Positions 46,897 to 56,608 of a DNA stretch of 64,000 bases are shown here, in pieces (position 1 is the stretch's first letter; each line of letters opens with the position of its first letter). This DNA comes from Dehalococcoidia bacterium. Its GTDB lineage: Bacteria > Chloroflexota > Dehalococcoidia > UBA2979. Under the pieces are notes generated by a model. That model was not told the DNA's origin. It saw nothing but the letters and a program-made list of their open reading frames with translations, and did no database searches. The stretch covers positions 1,760,001 to 1,824,000 of the forward strand of contig OZ253555.1 in NCBI GenBank assembly GCA_965262725.1. The letters run 5' to 3'. A program made the position numbers and the translations under genes.

Positions 46897-49800
46897 GCCC
46901 GCCGGCCCTCGCCGACGCCCCCCTATCGAACGGCGCGGGCGCCGCCGCCGGACAGCCACGGAAGGTCCTGATCATCGGCTCGGGTCCGATCGTGATCGGG
47001 CAGGCGGCGGAGTTCGACTACGCCGGGACGCAGGCCTGCCTGGCGATGCGCGAAGAGGGGATCACCTCGGTCCTTGTCAACTCCAACCCGGCGACGATCA
47101 TGACCGACGAGGGGGTAGCCGACGTCGTCTACATCGAACCGCTCACCGTCGAGGCGATCACGCGCGTGATCGCCCGGGAGCGGCCGGACGGCCTGCTGCC
47201 GACGCTCGGGGGGCAGACCGGCCTCAACCTCGCGGTCGAGCTCGCCGAGGCCGGGGTGCTGGAGCGCTACGGCGTGCGCATGCTCGGGACCCCACTCGAG
47301 TCGATACGCCTCGCCGAGGATCGTGAGAGCTTCCGCGGGCTGCTGCGCGAGATCGGCGAGCCCACGCCCGAGTCGGTGATCGTCGAGTCGTGGTCAGACG
47401 CGGAGCGAGCGCTCGCGGCCATCGGCCTCCCTGCCGTGATCCGCCCCGCCTACACGCTCGGCGGCACGGGCGGCGGCGTCGCGCACACAGCCGAGGAGTA
47501 CGAGCGCATCGTGCGCTCGGGGCTCTCCGCATCCCCGATCGGGCAGGTGCTGGTGGAGCGCTCGCTGCTCGGCTGGAAGGAGATCGAGTACGAGGTGATG
47601 CGCGACGGCGCGGACACCTGCATCACGGTCTGCAACATGGAGAACCTGGACCCGATGGGGGTTCACACCGGCGACTCCATCGTCGTCGCGCCCTCGCAGA
47701 CCCTCTCCGACCAGGAGTACCAGATGCTGCGGACGAGTTCCCTGCGCATCATCCGCGCGCTCGGCATCGAGGGGGGCTGCAACGTGCAGCTGGCGCTCGC
47801 GCCGCGGCCCGACGTGGTGGCGTGGGAGGGCTCGGAGGGGGCGCGGGATCGCCGCGAGGCGCTGCCGTACTACGTGATCGAGGTGAACCCCCGCGTCTCC
47901 CGCTCCTCGGCGCTCGCGTCGAAGGTGACGGGCTACCCGATCGCGCGGGTGGCGGCGAAGATCGCCATCGGCCGCCGCCTCGACGAGATCGCGAACTCCG
48001 TGACAGGGCGGACGACCGCCGCCTTCGAGCCGGCGCTCGACTACTGCGTGGTGAAGATCCCGCGCTGGCCCTTCGACAAGTTCCCCGCCGGCGACCGCAC
48101 CCTCGGCACGCAGATGAAGGCCACCGGCGAGGTGATGGCGGCGGACCGCACCTTCGAGGCGGCGCTCCAGAAGGCGCTTCGCTCGCTCGAGGTGTCGGGG
48201 CACTCGCTCCTGTGGGAGCACCCCTCCTGGAAGCGCGTGTCCGGGGAGGGGGGTGTCGAGCCGCCGCTTGCGGCGACCGACGATCGGCTCTGGGCGCTCC
48301 TCGCGCACCTGCGCCGGGACGCGAGCCCCGTCGAGGTCGCCCGTCGCACCGGCATCGATCCCTGGTTCACGGAGCGGCTCGGGCGCATCGTCGCCATGGA
48401 GCGCCGGCTCCTGGCGGAGGACCTCACGCCGTCGTTGCTGCTCGCGGCCAAGCGCATGGGCTTCGCCGACGCGGCCATCGCGGAGCTGGCGGACCGGCTG
48501 CCGGAGCAGGTGCGCGCCCTCCGCGAGCGGTGGGGGCTCCTGCCCGTCTACAAGATGGTGGACACGTGCGCCGCAGAGTTCGACGCGCAGACACCGTACT
48601 TCTACTCCTGCTACGAGCAGGAGAACGAGGCGCCCCCGATCGAGCGCGACAAGATGCTCGTGATCGGGTCGGGGCCGATCCGCATCGGTCAGGGCATCGA
48701 GTTCGACTACTGCTCCGTGCAGGCGGCGCGTGCGCTGAGGCGGGCCGGGGTCGCCGCCATCCTCGCCAACTCCAACCCGGAGACCGTCTCGACGGACTTC
48801 GACACCTCCGATCGCCTCTACTTCGAACCGCTCGACGAGGAGTCCGTCCGCGACCTGCTCGCGAACGAGGCGGGCGAAACCGGCGAGGCGCCGTCCTCGA
48901 TCGTGCAGTTCGGCGGCCAGACGGCGGTGAACATGGCGCCGGTTCTCCAGCGGGCCGCGCTCCCGGTGGCGGGCTCCTCGCCCGAGTCGATTGACATCGC
49001 CGAGGACCGCCGCCGCTTCGAGGCGCTGGTCACCGGGCTCTCGATCCCACAGCCGCCGGGCGTGGCGGTGGAGACGCTGGAGGAAGCGCTCCCGACCGCC
49101 GACGCCATCGGCTACCCCGTGCTCGTCCGGCCCTCCTACGTGCTGGGCGGCCGGGCGATGGAGATCGTGCAGAATCCCAGGGAGCTGAGGCGCTACTTCC
49201 TCGCCGCGCGCGATGAGGGCTCCGGTCCGATCCTGATCGACCGCTACCTCGAGGGGATGGAGGTCGAGGTCGACGCCATCTCCGACGGGGAGCACGTGCT
49301 GATCCCCGGCATCCTGGAGCACGTGGAGCGCGCCGGCGTCCACTCGGGGGACTCGATGGCCGTCTACCCCCCGCAGTATCTCAGCGAGGAGCAGCGCGGC
49401 GCGATCGTCGACTACACCACGCGCATGGCGCTCGCCCTCGGCGTGCTCGGGCTGATGAACGTGCAGTACGTGATCGCGCCCGAGGCGGAGGCCGACGGCC
49501 CCGGCGTCTTCGTGATCGAGGTCAACCCCCGCTCCTCGCGCACCGTCCCCTTCATCTCCAAGGTCACCGGCGTGCCGATGGTGGAGCTCGCGGTCGGCGT
49601 GATGCTGGGGCGAACGCTCGCCGAGCAGGGCTACACCGACGGGCTGTGGCCGGAGCCGCCGCTGGTGGCCGTGAAGGCGCCGGTCTTCTCGATGTCGAAG
49701 CTCGGCGGCGTCGACACCTTCCTCGGCCCCGAGATGAAGTCGACCGGGGAGGTCATGGGCGTCGACGTCACCTTCGAGGCCGCCGTCCGCAAGGCGCTCA

Positions 49801-50285
49801 TCGCCTCCGATCTCGACCTCCACCCCGGCACCCCGGTCCTGCTCTCGCTCGCGGACCGCTCGAAATCCGAGGCCGTCCCGCTTATCCGCACCCTCCACCG
49901 CGCCGGCTGCCCCCTCTACGCGACGCCCGGCACCGCCGACCTCGTCGCGGCGCTCGGCATACCGGTCTCGCGCGTCACCAAGTTGACCGACGACGGCCGC
50001 GAGCCCCGCGAGCCGGTCGAGGGGCAGCCGACGGTGGCCGAGGTGATCGGCGACGGCCGCGTCCGCGCCGTCGTCAACACGCTCGAGGGGAAGAGCACGA
50101 CCCACATCCGCGACGGCTTCTACATCCGGCGGCAGGCCACAGAGCAGCGCATTCCCTGCTTCACCTCGCTCGACACGGCGGGAGCGGCGATCCGCGCGCT
50201 CGCCCACCCCGGCTCCTACGAGATCCGCCCGCTCACCGAGTACCGCAGCGGCATCGCCGCCGCGGCGCGGGGCCAGGCGGAGTGA
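46893..50285 (+). CDS. carB: Carbamoyl-phosphate synthase large subunit
   Basis: KVLIIGSGPIVIGQAAEFDY, two ATP-grasp halves (IEVNPR twice), MGS domain; start probably CTG overlapping the upstream TGA. Confidence 0.96.
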   Translation: MSPPALADAPLSNGAGAAAGQPRKVLIIGSGPIVIGQAAEFDYAGTQACLAMREEGITSVLVNSNPATIMTDEGVADVVYIEPLTVEAITRVIARERPDGLLPTLGGQTGLNLAVELAEAGVLERYGVRMLGTPLESIRLAEDRESFRGLLREIGEPTPESVIVESWSDAERALAAIGLPAVIRPAYTLGGTGGGVAHTAEEYERIVRSGLSASPIGQVLVERSLLGWKEIEYEVMRDGADTCITVCNMENLDPMGVHTGDSIVVAPSQTLSDQEYQMLRTSSLRIIRALGIEGGCNVQLALAPRPDVVAWEGSEGARDRREALPYYVIEVNPRVSRSSALASKVTGYPIARVAAKIAIGRRLDEIANSVTGRTTAAFEPALDYCVVKIPRWPFDKFPAGDRTLGTQMKATGEVMAADRTFEAALQKALRSLEVSGHSLLWEHPSWKRVSGEGGVEPPLAATDDRLWALLAHLRRDASPVEVARRTGIDPWFTERLGRIVAMERRLLAEDLTPSLLLAAKRMGFADAAIAELADRLPEQVRALRERWGLLPVYKMVDTCAAEFDAQTPYFYSCYEQENEAPPIERDKMLVIGSGPIRIGQGIEFDYCSVQAARALRRAGVAAILANSNPETVSTDFDTSDRLYFEPLDEESVRDLLANEAGETGEAPSSIVQFGGQTAVNMAPVLQRAALPVAGSSPESIDIAEDRRRFEALVTGLSIPQPPGVAVETLEEALPTADAIGYPVLVRPSYVLGGRAMEIVQNPRELRRYFLAARDEGSGPILIDRYLEGMEVEVDAISDGEHVLIPGILEHVERAGVHSGDSMAVYPPQYLSEEQRGAIVDYTTRMALALGVLGLMNVQYVIAPEAEADGPGVFVIEVNPRSSRTVPFISKVTGVPMVELAVGVMLGRTLAEQGYTDGLWPEPPLVAVKAPVFSMSKLGGVDTFLGPEMKSTGEVMGVDVTFEAAVRKALIASDLDLHPGTPVLLSLADRSKSEAVPLIRTLHRAGCPLYATPGTADLVAALGIPVSRVTKLTDDGREPREPVEGQPTVAEVIGDGRVRAVVNTLEGKSTTHIRDGFYIRRQATEQRIPCFTSLDTAGAAIRALAHPGSYEIRPLTEYRSGIAAAARGQAE

Positions 50286-50983
50286 GCGCCGGCCCCCGGG
50301 CCGCCCCCCAACGGCAGCCCGGTGCGGTGCTCTTCGACCTCGACGGGACGCTCCTGGATTCGCTGGGATCGGTGGCGGACGCGCTCGTGGAGACGCTCGC
50401 GGTGCGCGGTCACCGGGTCACCCACCGGGCAGTATTCGACGCCCTCGGCCCCTCCTTCGTCGAGACGATTGCGGCGTTGACCGGTCTCTCTCTCGAGAAG
50501 GCGGAGACCCTCGCCGACGACTACCGCGGGATCTACTACGACCGCTACTACGACGGCGTGCATCCGCTGCCCGGCGCGGAGGCGCTCCTCGCGGCCCTTG
50601 GGGCCGCGGGGATCCCGCTCGCGCTGGTCACCAGCAGGCGCGAGCGCTACGCGCACCTCGTGCTCGCCCGCCACAGCTGGGCGGGGTACTTTCCCGTCGT
50701 GGTCGGCCACGACACGGCGGCCGCGCCGAAGCCCGACCCCGCGCCGGTGGTGTACGCCCTCCGCGGACTCGGCGCCGGCGCCGCGTCCGCCGCCTTCGTC
50801 GGCGACACCGGCGAGGACATGGCGTCGGCGCGGGCCGCCGGCGTCGGGACCGTGGTCGGCCTCACCCACATCCGCTCGCCGGGCGAGCTCGGGACCTCCG
50901 GCGCGACGCACCTTGCCCCGGATCTCGCCGCTGTCGGCACCCTCCTCGGCGTGCCGCTCGCGGTCCCGCGCGGCGCGGCATGA
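50282..50983 (+). CDS. HAD family hydrolase (phosphoglycolate phosphatase-like)
   Basis: LFDLDGTLLDS, LVTS, KPDP, VGD..ED. Confidence 0.88.
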   Translation: MSAGPRAAPQRQPGAVLFDLDGTLLDSLGSVADALVETLAVRGHRVTHRAVFDALGPSFVETIAALTGLSLEKAETLADDYRGIYYDRYYDGVHPLPGAEALLAALGAAGIPLALVTSRRERYAHLVLARHSWAGYFPVVVGHDTAAAPKPDPAPVVYALRGLGAGAASAAFVGDTGEDMASARAAGVGTVVGLTHIRSPGELGTSGATHLAPDLAAVGTLLGVPLAVPRGAA

Positions 50984-51756
50984 GGAGCGTCGTCGCGGGG
51001 GTGACGGAGAGCGCGCGCCTCTACGGCGACACGCACGTGCTCTGGTGCGCGGAGCCGGACGATCTGCGATCGGCGAGCCCGGGCTCCTTCGTGATGGCCT
51101 ACGTCGGCGACGGGCACGACCCGCTGCTCGGCCGGCCACTGTCGATCCATCGCCGCCGGCAGGGCCCGGGAGGTCCTGAGTTCGCGCTGCTCTTCGACGT
51201 GGTCGGCCGCGGAACCGCGTGGCTGGCGGACCGTGGCCCCGGCGATCCCGTGCGCGTGGTCGGGCCGCTGGGCCGTCCCTTCGAGCCCCGCCCGCAGGTC
51301 CAGCGGATGCTGCTGGTGGGCGGCGGCATCGGCTGCGCGCCCCTCGTCTGGCTCGCCGACGAGCTCGTGGCCGAGGGGCGCGAGGTGACGCTCGTGCTGG
51401 GCGGGCGCGGGGCGGCGCAGATCTTCCCGGCGCCGCAGCTCCCCCCGGACGTCGAGGTCGTCGTCACCACCGAGGACGGCTCGCTGGGGGAGACGGGGCG
51501 CGTGACGGCGCCCTTCGAGCGGCTGCTCGGCTGGTGTGATCAGGCTTTCGCCTGCGGTCCAGAGCCGATGTTCGAGGCGCTGCACGATGTGCTTCGCCGC
51601 AGCACGTCGCGGACGCCGGTGCAGGCGCTGCTCGAGGCGCAGATGGCATGCGGGTTCGGGATCTGCTACAGCTGCGCGGTGTTCCCGCGCCGCGGCGGCG
51701 TGAAGCTCGTGTGCACGGACGGGCCGATGTTCGAGCTCCGGGATCTCTACGGGTGA
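50980..51756 (+). CDS. pyrK: Dihydroorotate dehydrogenase electron transfer subunit
   Basis: RPLSI, GPLG..F, GGGIG.AP, ACGPEPM, MACGFGICYSC...C.DGP. Confidence 0.9.
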   Translation: MRSVVAGVTESARLYGDTHVLWCAEPDDLRSASPGSFVMAYVGDGHDPLLGRPLSIHRRRQGPGGPEFALLFDVVGRGTAWLADRGPGDPVRVVGPLGRPFEPRPQVQRMLLVGGGIGCAPLVWLADELVAEGREVTLVLGGRGAAQIFPAPQLPPDVEVVVTTEDGSLGETGRVTAPFERLLGWCDQAFACGPEPMFEALHDVLRRSTSRTPVQALLEAQMACGFGICYSCAVFPRRGGVKLVCTDGPMFELRDLYG

Positions 51757-52112
51757 GGCGCGAGCTCCTCGTGAGCTACGCGATCGTGGGCCTGGGGCTG
51801 CTCTCCGGGCTCCTGGTCGGGGGCGTCCTCACGGACGCAGAGTCGGCCCTCCTGGGCTGGTTGCTGGGAGCGGGAATGGGCCTCACCGCGGGCGCCTTCG
51901 TGGCGGCCATCCTCGCGGGCGTGCCGCTCGCGGGGCGCCGGAGAGAGGCGGCCGCTTCCCGGGGAGGTCAGAGGGCCCCCGATCCGCTCGCCCATCTTCG
52001 CCTCCCCGGCGCCGCTGACGATCCCGCCGAAGCGGACGCGGGCTCGCCGGGGGAGGACGGGACCGCCGGCATCGCCGGACTGGGCCGCGGCGGCAACGGA
52101 CGCGCCCTCTAA
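51753..52112 (+). CDS. Small membrane protein
   Basis: Two hydrophobic helices and a disordered tail; GTGA overlap with pyrK. Confidence 0.55.
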   Translation: MRRELLVSYAIVGLGLLSGLLVGGVLTDAESALLGWLLGAGMGLTAGAFVAAILAGVPLAGRRREAAASRGGQRAPDPLAHLRLPGAADDPAEADAGSPGEDGTAGIAGLGRGGNGRAL

Positions 52113-52232
52113 ACGCCCCCGGTGAACTGGCGATCGGCCCGGCGATCGGCCTCTTCGCAGTCGTTCACGGCAGCTCACCGGTGGGCCCAGGCGGCAGGGG
52201 TTCGAGGGCGTGAGGGCCAATGCGGTAGCCGC

Positions 52233-53477
52233 GTGAGCATCAGGCAGGCACCCGCCCCCCGGAGGTACCATGGGCTCGACGGCCTCCGGGGCTTCGCGAT
52301 GCTGCTCGGCATCGTCCTGCACGCGAGCCTTCCCTACTTCTCCCGCCTGATCGGTATCGAGGCCGTGTGGCCGGCGGACGACGACCAGTCCGTCCTGCTC
52401 CTTCTGGTGTTCGATCTCATCCACATCTGGCGGATGCCCGTCTTCTTCCTGCTCGCGGGCTTCTTCGCCCACCTTGTGCTGGAGCGCCGCTCCGACTCGT
52501 CCTTCATCCTCGACCGGCTGCGAAGGATCGCCCTGCCGCTCGTGATCTTCGGGCCCGTCATGGCCGTCACCCTTCCGCCGATATGGATCTACGGATGGTT
52601 CGGGGCGATTTCGCCCGAGACGTTCCGGGACGGGCTGATGGAGAGGCGTGGCCTCGAGTCCAGCGGCGACCTCGTCGCCCACCTCTGGTTCCTCTACTAC
52701 CTCCTGCTGATGTACGCGGCACTGGTGGCCGTGCGTTCCCTAGGAGGGCCGTGGAAGTCCCGCATACGCGCCCGCCTCGCCCTCGGCAGGTACCTCGGCA
52801 ACGCCGTCTACACCCCGGCCCCCGTGCTGCTGGCGCTCGGGGCCGTCCTCCTTCTCGTCATGCGCGCGGGCGACGAGTCAAAGCCCATTTGGCCGCTGAA
52901 CGCGCCGGACGTTCTCTACGGGATGCTCTTCTTCTCCTACGGGTACGGGCTCTACGCCCGAAGGGAGCTCATCGACAGACTCCGGTCCGCGGACGTGGTC
53001 GCAGCGCTGTGGATCGTCACCGGTGCGCTCTTCCTGGCGCACGTGGTCCTGGCAGGGGCGATAGACGAGGCGTCGAAGCAGGGCGGGGACGCCGAGGCGG
53101 TCGGCCTCCTCGAGCTGGCCGGGACCGCTCTCTACGGATCGCTGGCAGCCCTGTTCAGCGTCGGGCTGATCGGGCTCTTCGAGCTCCTCCTGCGGTCAGG
53201 GCGAGCCTCGGTGCGCTGGCTCGCGGACTCGTCGTACTGGATCTACATCATGCATCTACCGGTCGTCGCCTTCCTGACCTTCTGTCTCGCCCATCTCGAC
53301 AGGCGGGGGTGGCTGGAGCACGTGACCGGCTTCGATTGGAGCGCGGAGCTGAAGTTCCTCGCGGCGTGCACCGTGACCGGCGCCGTGGGAATCGTCACCT
53401 ACCGCTACCTCGTCCGGTACACCCTCCTCGGGGTTCTCTTGAACGGCAGGAGACCCGCGGCCATCGACAGCGCGTGA
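52233..53477 (+). CDS. Acyltransferase family 3 (MdoC/OpgC-like)
   Basis: RYHGLDGLR..AMLLGIVLHA, RMP.FF..AGFF, HLWFLYYL, SYWIY..HLP. Confidence 0.88.
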   Translation: MSIRQAPAPRRYHGLDGLRGFAMLLGIVLHASLPYFSRLIGIEAVWPADDDQSVLLLLVFDLIHIWRMPVFFLLAGFFAHLVLERRSDSSFILDRLRRIALPLVIFGPVMAVTLPPIWIYGWFGAISPETFRDGLMERRGLESSGDLVAHLWFLYYLLLMYAALVAVRSLGGPWKSRIRARLALGRYLGNAVYTPAPVLLALGAVLLLVMRAGDESKPIWPLNAPDVLYGMLFFSYGYGLYARRELIDRLRSADVVAALWIVTGALFLAHVVLAGAIDEASKQGGDAEAVGLLELAGTALYGSLAALFSVGLIGLFELLLRSGRASVRWLADSSYWIYIMHLPVVAFLTFCLAHLDRRGWLEHVTGFDWSAELKFLAACTVTGAVGIVTYRYLVRYTLLGVLLNGRRPAAIDSA

Positions 53478-53716
53478 CCCGTCGCCCCGCGCGTGCCCCT
53501 CGATGGACCCGCCACGGGGGCGACAACCCGGTGCAGACCGAAGTCGAGGTCGCCGCGCGGTAGGCGCAGGGCGTGCTGCCGCGGCCCCCGGCGAGCGCAG
53601 AGGACGGACCGGGTGCTCGCGAGAACCCGTTGACGAAGGGCGCGGGGGCCCGGGCCGGCGGCGCCCACCGCGCCGCCCGGAGTGCGCCTTCACCGCCCCC
53701 GCGGGGAGGGGGGCCC

Positions 53717-54865
53717 TTAGCGAAGCTGCGCGGCGAAGCGGTCGAGTTCGACGTAGTGGTCGGCGAGCGCGCGCATCTCGATCGAGGTGCTTCCGGCGAA
53801 CGCGACGACCTCGGCCCGGACGCCCCGGGACTGCACCATCTCCACCGCGCGCGCAAAGTCCGAGTCGCCGGAGACGACGGCCACCACGTCGAGGCGTTCC
53901 GACATCGTCACCAGGTCGATGGCCATCTCGACGTCGAAGTTCCCCTTCACCGATCCGTCCGCGAAGCGCTTCAGAGGCTTCGTGACGATGCGGTAGGCGT
54001 GGCGCACGAAGGGCGCGACGAACTTCTGCTGCTCCACGGCCTCGCGCTGGTCATCCGAGACCGGGGCGTAGGCCGTCGCGCGCACCAGGTCCCGGCCCTC
54101 GCTCAGCATCGCGAGCAGCTTCCCCATGTCGAGTGGCGCCGCGCCGGCGTCGAGGCCGTAGAGGACGTTGGGGACGTCGACGAAGACGCCGAGCCGCGGC
54201 TTGCGCGCCGCGCGGTCGAGCCGGACCGCGAGCTCGTCGACGCTGGCGCCGAGCTGCAGGATCGCGCTGCGCTGGCTCGCGATCTCGTCGGCGAGCCGCT
54301 CGAGCCGTTCCAGGCGCGCCTCCACCGCGTTCAGCGCATCGCTTGTGCGTCGGCGGGGCGCCGGGCTCGCAGGCGCAGCCGGCGCCTCCTCCGTTGGCAC
54401 GTCGTCGGCGGTGTTCTCTCCCCCGCCTTCGGCCGGCGCTTCGTCGGCTGAGGGCTTGCTCGCGCGCGAGCGGCGCCTCCGCGTCGGCGTCGGGGGCGTC
54501 GGGGGCGCCTCGTCGGCCTCACCGGGTGGGGTCGCGGCCTCCGCCGGTGCTTCGGTGGTCTCGGGCTTGCTCGCGCGCGGGCGCCGCCTGCGGGCCGGCC
54601 TCTTCGCCGCCGCCCCGTCGGCCTCATCCGAGAGCGTCGCGGCCTCGGCGGCCTCGGCGGCCTCGGCGGCCTCGGCCGTCTCGGTGGTCTCGGCGGTCTC
54701 GGCGGTCTCGGCGGTCTCGGCGGTCTCGGCGGTCTCGGGAGCCATCTCCTCCTCGGCGGCCCCGGCCTCCGCCGCGGGCCGCCCCGGGCGGCGCCTCGCG
54801 ATCAACGAACGGGTCTCACCTGTGCCGCCGCGCCGGCGTCCACTACCGTTTCCGCGAGTGCTCAC
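53717..54865 (-). CDS. NYN-domain (LabA/DUF88) protein with a long disordered N-terminus
   Basis: VFVD.PN, KGNFDVEMAID, VSGDSDF, ADH in the C-terminal half. Confidence 0.85.
   Translation of the reverse strand: MSTRGNGSGRRRGGTGETRSLIARRRPGRPAAEAGAAEEEMAPETAETAETAETAETAETTETAEAAEAAEAAEAATLSDEADGAAAKRPARRRRPRASKPETTEAPAEAATPPGEADEAPPTPPTPTRRRRSRASKPSADEAPAEGGGENTADDVPTEEAPAAPASPAPRRRTSDALNAVEARLERLERLADEIASQRSAILQLGASVDELAVRLDRAARKPRLGVFVDVPNVLYGLDAGAAPLDMGKLLAMLSEGRDLVRATAYAPVSDDQREAVEQQKFVAPFVRHAYRIVTKPLKRFADGSVKGNFDVEMAIDLVTMSERLDVVAVVSGDSDFARAVEMVQSRGVRAEVVAFAGSTSIEMRALADHYVELDRFAAQLR
54639..54737. repeat. 11 x 9-bp in-frame tandem repeat (encodes AET/AEA)
   Basis: GCGGCCTCG x4, two variants, GCGGTCTCG x5. 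Confidence 0.9.
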
Positions 54866-55908
54866 GCGACCCTGCTCTCGCCGGCGAACTGCAGGACGGA
54901 GCAGCGCGCGGCCACCTGCTCGGCAAGCCCCGCGAGCGCTGTCGCCGCCTCGGAGTCGGAGTCGCCGATCACGACGGGGACACCCGCGTCGGATCCCTCA
55001 CGCACGGCCCGGTCAAGCGGGATCTCGCCGAGAAACTCGAGCCCGAGCTCCTCGGCGGCGACACGGGCGCCTCCGCGTCCGAAGACGTCGCCGGCCATGT
55101 TCTCGACGAGACCGAAGACCGCGACGCCGAGGCGGTCGAACATCCCAACGGCCTTCTTCGCGTCCTCGATCGCGACGTCCTGCGGCGTCGAGACGATGAC
55201 GGCCCCGGCGATCGCCGCTTCCTGCGCCATCGACATCGAGGCGTCCGATGTGCCCGGGGGCAGGTCGATCACCAGGTAGTCGAGCTCGCCCCAGTCGACG
55301 TCGTGCATCAGCTGCCGGATCCCGGAGCCGATCATCGGCCCGCGCCACACGACCGGCGTCCCCTCGGGGAGGACGAAGCCGATCGAGACGGCCCGCACGC
55401 CGTGCGCCTCGAGCGAGTGGAGGCCCTGTTGCCCCCCCGCGAGCCCGCCCGCCGGCAGGCCGAGCATGGTCGGGATGTTCGGGCCGGTGATATCGCCGTC
55501 CAGGATTCCGACCGCGGCGCCGTGGCGTGCCAGGGCGACGGCGAGGTTGGTGGCCACCGTCGACTTCCCGACGCCGCCCTTGTTGGAGGCCACGGCGATC
55601 ACGTTCTTCACGCCGGCTATGGGCTTCGGCCCGCCCTCGCGGGCGGCCTGCGCCCTCACACGCGCGCCCCACTCGATCTCGACGCTCTCGACGCCGGGGA
55701 CCCCGGCGAGGGCCGCTCGCACGTCGCCGTCGATCTGCTCCTTGAGAGGGCACGCGGGCGTGGTCAGTTCGAGCTCGAAACGGACCGCGCCGCCGACGAC
55801 GGAGAGCTCGTGGACCATCCCGAGGGAGACGATGTCGCGGTGAAGCTCGGGGTCCTTGACCGAGCGCAGCGCCTCCAGAACGGCGCTCTGCTCAGCGACT
55901 GCTGTCAC
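54862..55908 (-). CDS. mrp: Mrp/NBP35 (ApbC) Fe-S carrier ATPase
   Basis: V.DPEL..DIV.LG, TTPACP, KGGVGKST, WRGPM, DLPPGT.D, VENM. Confidence 0.92.
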   Translation of the reverse strand: MTAVAEQSAVLEALRSVKDPELHRDIVSLGMVHELSVVGGAVRFELELTTPACPLKEQIDGDVRAALAGVPGVESVEIEWGARVRAQAAREGGPKPIAGVKNVIAVASNKGGVGKSTVATNLAVALARHGAAVGILDGDITGPNIPTMLGLPAGGLAGGQQGLHSLEAHGVRAVSIGFVLPEGTPVVWRGPMIGSGIRQLMHDVDWGELDYLVIDLPPGTSDASMSMAQEAAIAGAVIVSTPQDVAIEDAKKAVGMFDRLGVAVFGLVENMAGDVFGRGGARVAAEELGLEFLGEIPLDRAVREGSDAGVPVVIGDSDSEAATALAGLAEQVAARCSVLQFAGESRVA

Positions 55909-56140
55909 GTGTTCTCCTCATCTGCCAGCTCACGGGGCAGCCGGGATGAAGGTTCGCGGGGAACCATTCGGGCCCGGCTGCGTTATCAAGATCACACCCG
56001 CATCCAGAGTCCCGCCGGTTCGGCCGTCGGATGACCGAGTGAAGCGGGGAACGGGCGAGCGGACGGCGGCGCAGCCGCTCGGACGCCGCCAGTATACGCA
56101 GCGCCGAGAGTAGGCGGAACCATGCGCGGTGGTTATCGCA

Positions 56141-56211
56141 GGATTATTACGTTTTTACGATACTATACTGGACGATCGGAGGCACCGGCGGTATGATTCA
56201 CATAATCCGCC
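56141..56211. promoter_or_regulatory. AT-rich promoter/operator region between divergent genes
   Basis: TATACT (56164), TATGAT (56192), inverted pair GGATTAT/ATAATCC. Confidence 0.5.
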
Positions 56212-56277
56212 ACGTGAGGAGTGACTCGGGTGCGGGCGGATGAGCAGTCACCAGACGAGGCTGCTGGAGGAGGTGGG

Positions 56278-56517
56278 ATGATGACAACGGCGAGAACGCA
56301 GCGCGGCGTGCAGTGCCAGGCTCACCACTGGGTCATCGACGCCCCCAACGGGCGCGAGAGCGGCGGAACCTGCAAGCGCTGCGGCGCGAAGCGCGTCTTC
56401 CCGAACTCCACCGAGAGCGTGATGTGGGAGCGAGGGAACACGATCCGCAGCGACCTTCAGACCTTCGCGCGTCCCACGACCCTGCGACTCTCCGATGACG
56501 CGGAGTACGAGGAATAG
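56278..56517 (+). CDS. Small putative Zn-binding protein (C..HHW.I....G..S.G.C..CG)
   Basis: GGAGGAGG RBS before ATG; Cys/His pattern; followed by a hairpin. Confidence 0.75.
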   Translation: MMTTARTQRGVQCQAHHWVIDAPNGRESGGTCKRCGAKRVFPNSTESVMWERGNTIRSDLQTFARPTTLRLSDDAEYEE

Positions 56518-56542
56518 CGACCCGGCTGCCGCTCCGTAGCCG

Positions 56543-56575
56543 GAGGGGCGGCGTCGAGAGGCGCCGCCCCTCTTC
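56543..56575 (+). terminator. Putative intrinsic terminator hairpin
   Basis: GAGGGGCGGCGTC-GAGA-GGCGCCGCCCCTC then TTC. Confidence 0.6.
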
Positions 56576-56608
56576 ACCTCGGGCTCACGCGTGTTCGGCG
56601 GTCCGCGT

